Below, piece after piece: positions 37,884 to 38,454 of a stretch of 38,454 nt of DNA; the first letter of the stretch is position 1; the number at the start of each line of letters is the position of its first letter. Source of the stretch: Candidatus Micrarchaeota archaeon (GTDB lineage Archaea > Micrarchaeota > Micrarchaeia > Micrarchaeales > CABMGC01); contig JAGDYD010000017.1 of NCBI GenBank assembly GCA_023256515.1, forward strand, positions 1-38,454, written 5' to 3'. Both the position numbers and the translations under genes were made by a program. The notes beneath the pieces are model-generated. The model ran no database searches and had not been told where the DNA came from. It saw only the letters and a program-made list of their open reading frames with translations.

Positions 37884-38285
37884 CTAAATTTCTAAATCTA
37901 TTTTTTCGTTTCGCTTTATGCCAAGTTTTTTTGCCATGCCTGCTTTAACCTCGATTACGTATTGAGCTCTGTTTCGTGGCGTGTATGTTTTGCAATCAAG
38001 CAGCTTGCACGGCTTGGCATTTCTTATAAGGTCAACCACGCGCTTTTTCCTGTCAAGCCATATTATGTCTAGCGGAAAAAGCATGTTATGCATCCATATC
38101 CCTGGATAGAATTCGCGGCTAAATTTTATCAGCATGCATTCGTTATCTTTTAACGATGCCCTAAACATAAGGCCTATGGCTCTTTTGATCGGAGTGTCGG
38201 CAAGAATGGCATTAAACGTTCTGCCTTTTATGTCTATGCGCACATGCTCATATTTCTGGTGCTTGTACAATAGCCTGAGCATCAA
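37884..38285 (-). CDS. DUF192-family protein
   Basis: ADT..KRAIGLMFR, WMHNMLFPLDIIW, YVIEVKAG. Confidence 0.88.
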   Translation of the reverse strand: MMLRLLYKHQKYEHVRIDIKGRTFNAILADTPIKRAIGLMFRASLKDNECMLIKFSREFYPGIWMHNMLFPLDIIWLDRKKRVVDLIRNAKPCKLLDCKTYTPRNRAQYVIEVKAGMAKKLGIKRNEKIDLEI

Positions 38286-38288
38286 GGA

Positions 38289-38454
38289 TCATCTTTTTAT
38301 GGTCCTAGAGATGCTCTGCTCTCTCATGAATTGCTCAAGATAATACTTGCTTCCTGTTCCTTTTCCAGTCAATCCACTACCCTTCCATCCTACAAACGTA
38401 TGTAAGCCTACAATTGCCCCTGTTGTTGCACTTATTGCCCTATTTATGTAAACT
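38289..38454 (-). CDS. Aldehyde dehydrogenase family (P5C dehydrogenase-like), C-terminal part only
   Basis: Hand translation YINRAISATTGAIVGLHTFVGWKGSGLTGKGTGSKYYLEQFMREQS; runs off the window. Confidence 0.78.
   Translation of the reverse strand, partial: VYINRAISATTGAIVGLHTFVGWKGSGLTGKGTGSKYYLEQFMREQSISRTIKR

Noticed and set aside
1-38454. CRISPR arrays, inteins, proviral or defence genes
   Set aside because: No spaced repeats; RFC, TopA and IleRS are normal length; no integrase, capsid or defence motifs seen.

Overview
Archaeal chromosomal window. Divergent 16S, BHB introns at non-canonical sites, GatDE, EF-1alpha and P0/P1 stalk proteins point to DPANN, most likely Micrarchaeota (inference). 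It is mostly housekeeping genes: translation, tRNA modification, RFC, TopA, lipid and surface genes. The 16S (about 1167-3140) and 5S (5919-6035) genes stand alone, and a tRNA-Leu(UAA) carries a D-loop intron. Top finding: the 16S holds a 489-nt bulge-helix-bulge intron (2217-2705) encoding a catalytically degenerate two-motif LAGLIDADG protein. The intron is exactly 163 codons long and has no in-frame stop, so the excised circular intron would carry an endless ORF (candidate natural rolling-circle translation). Other points: compensatory changes at near-universal 16S positions, a probable IS200/IS605 right end at the left edge, a probable uL1 autoregulatory site over the rpl1 Shine-Dalgarno, an ABC permease apparently starting at AUA, split ribosomal operons, and proteins with unusual inserts or motif changes. 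All calls are by eye from motifs; no searches were run.
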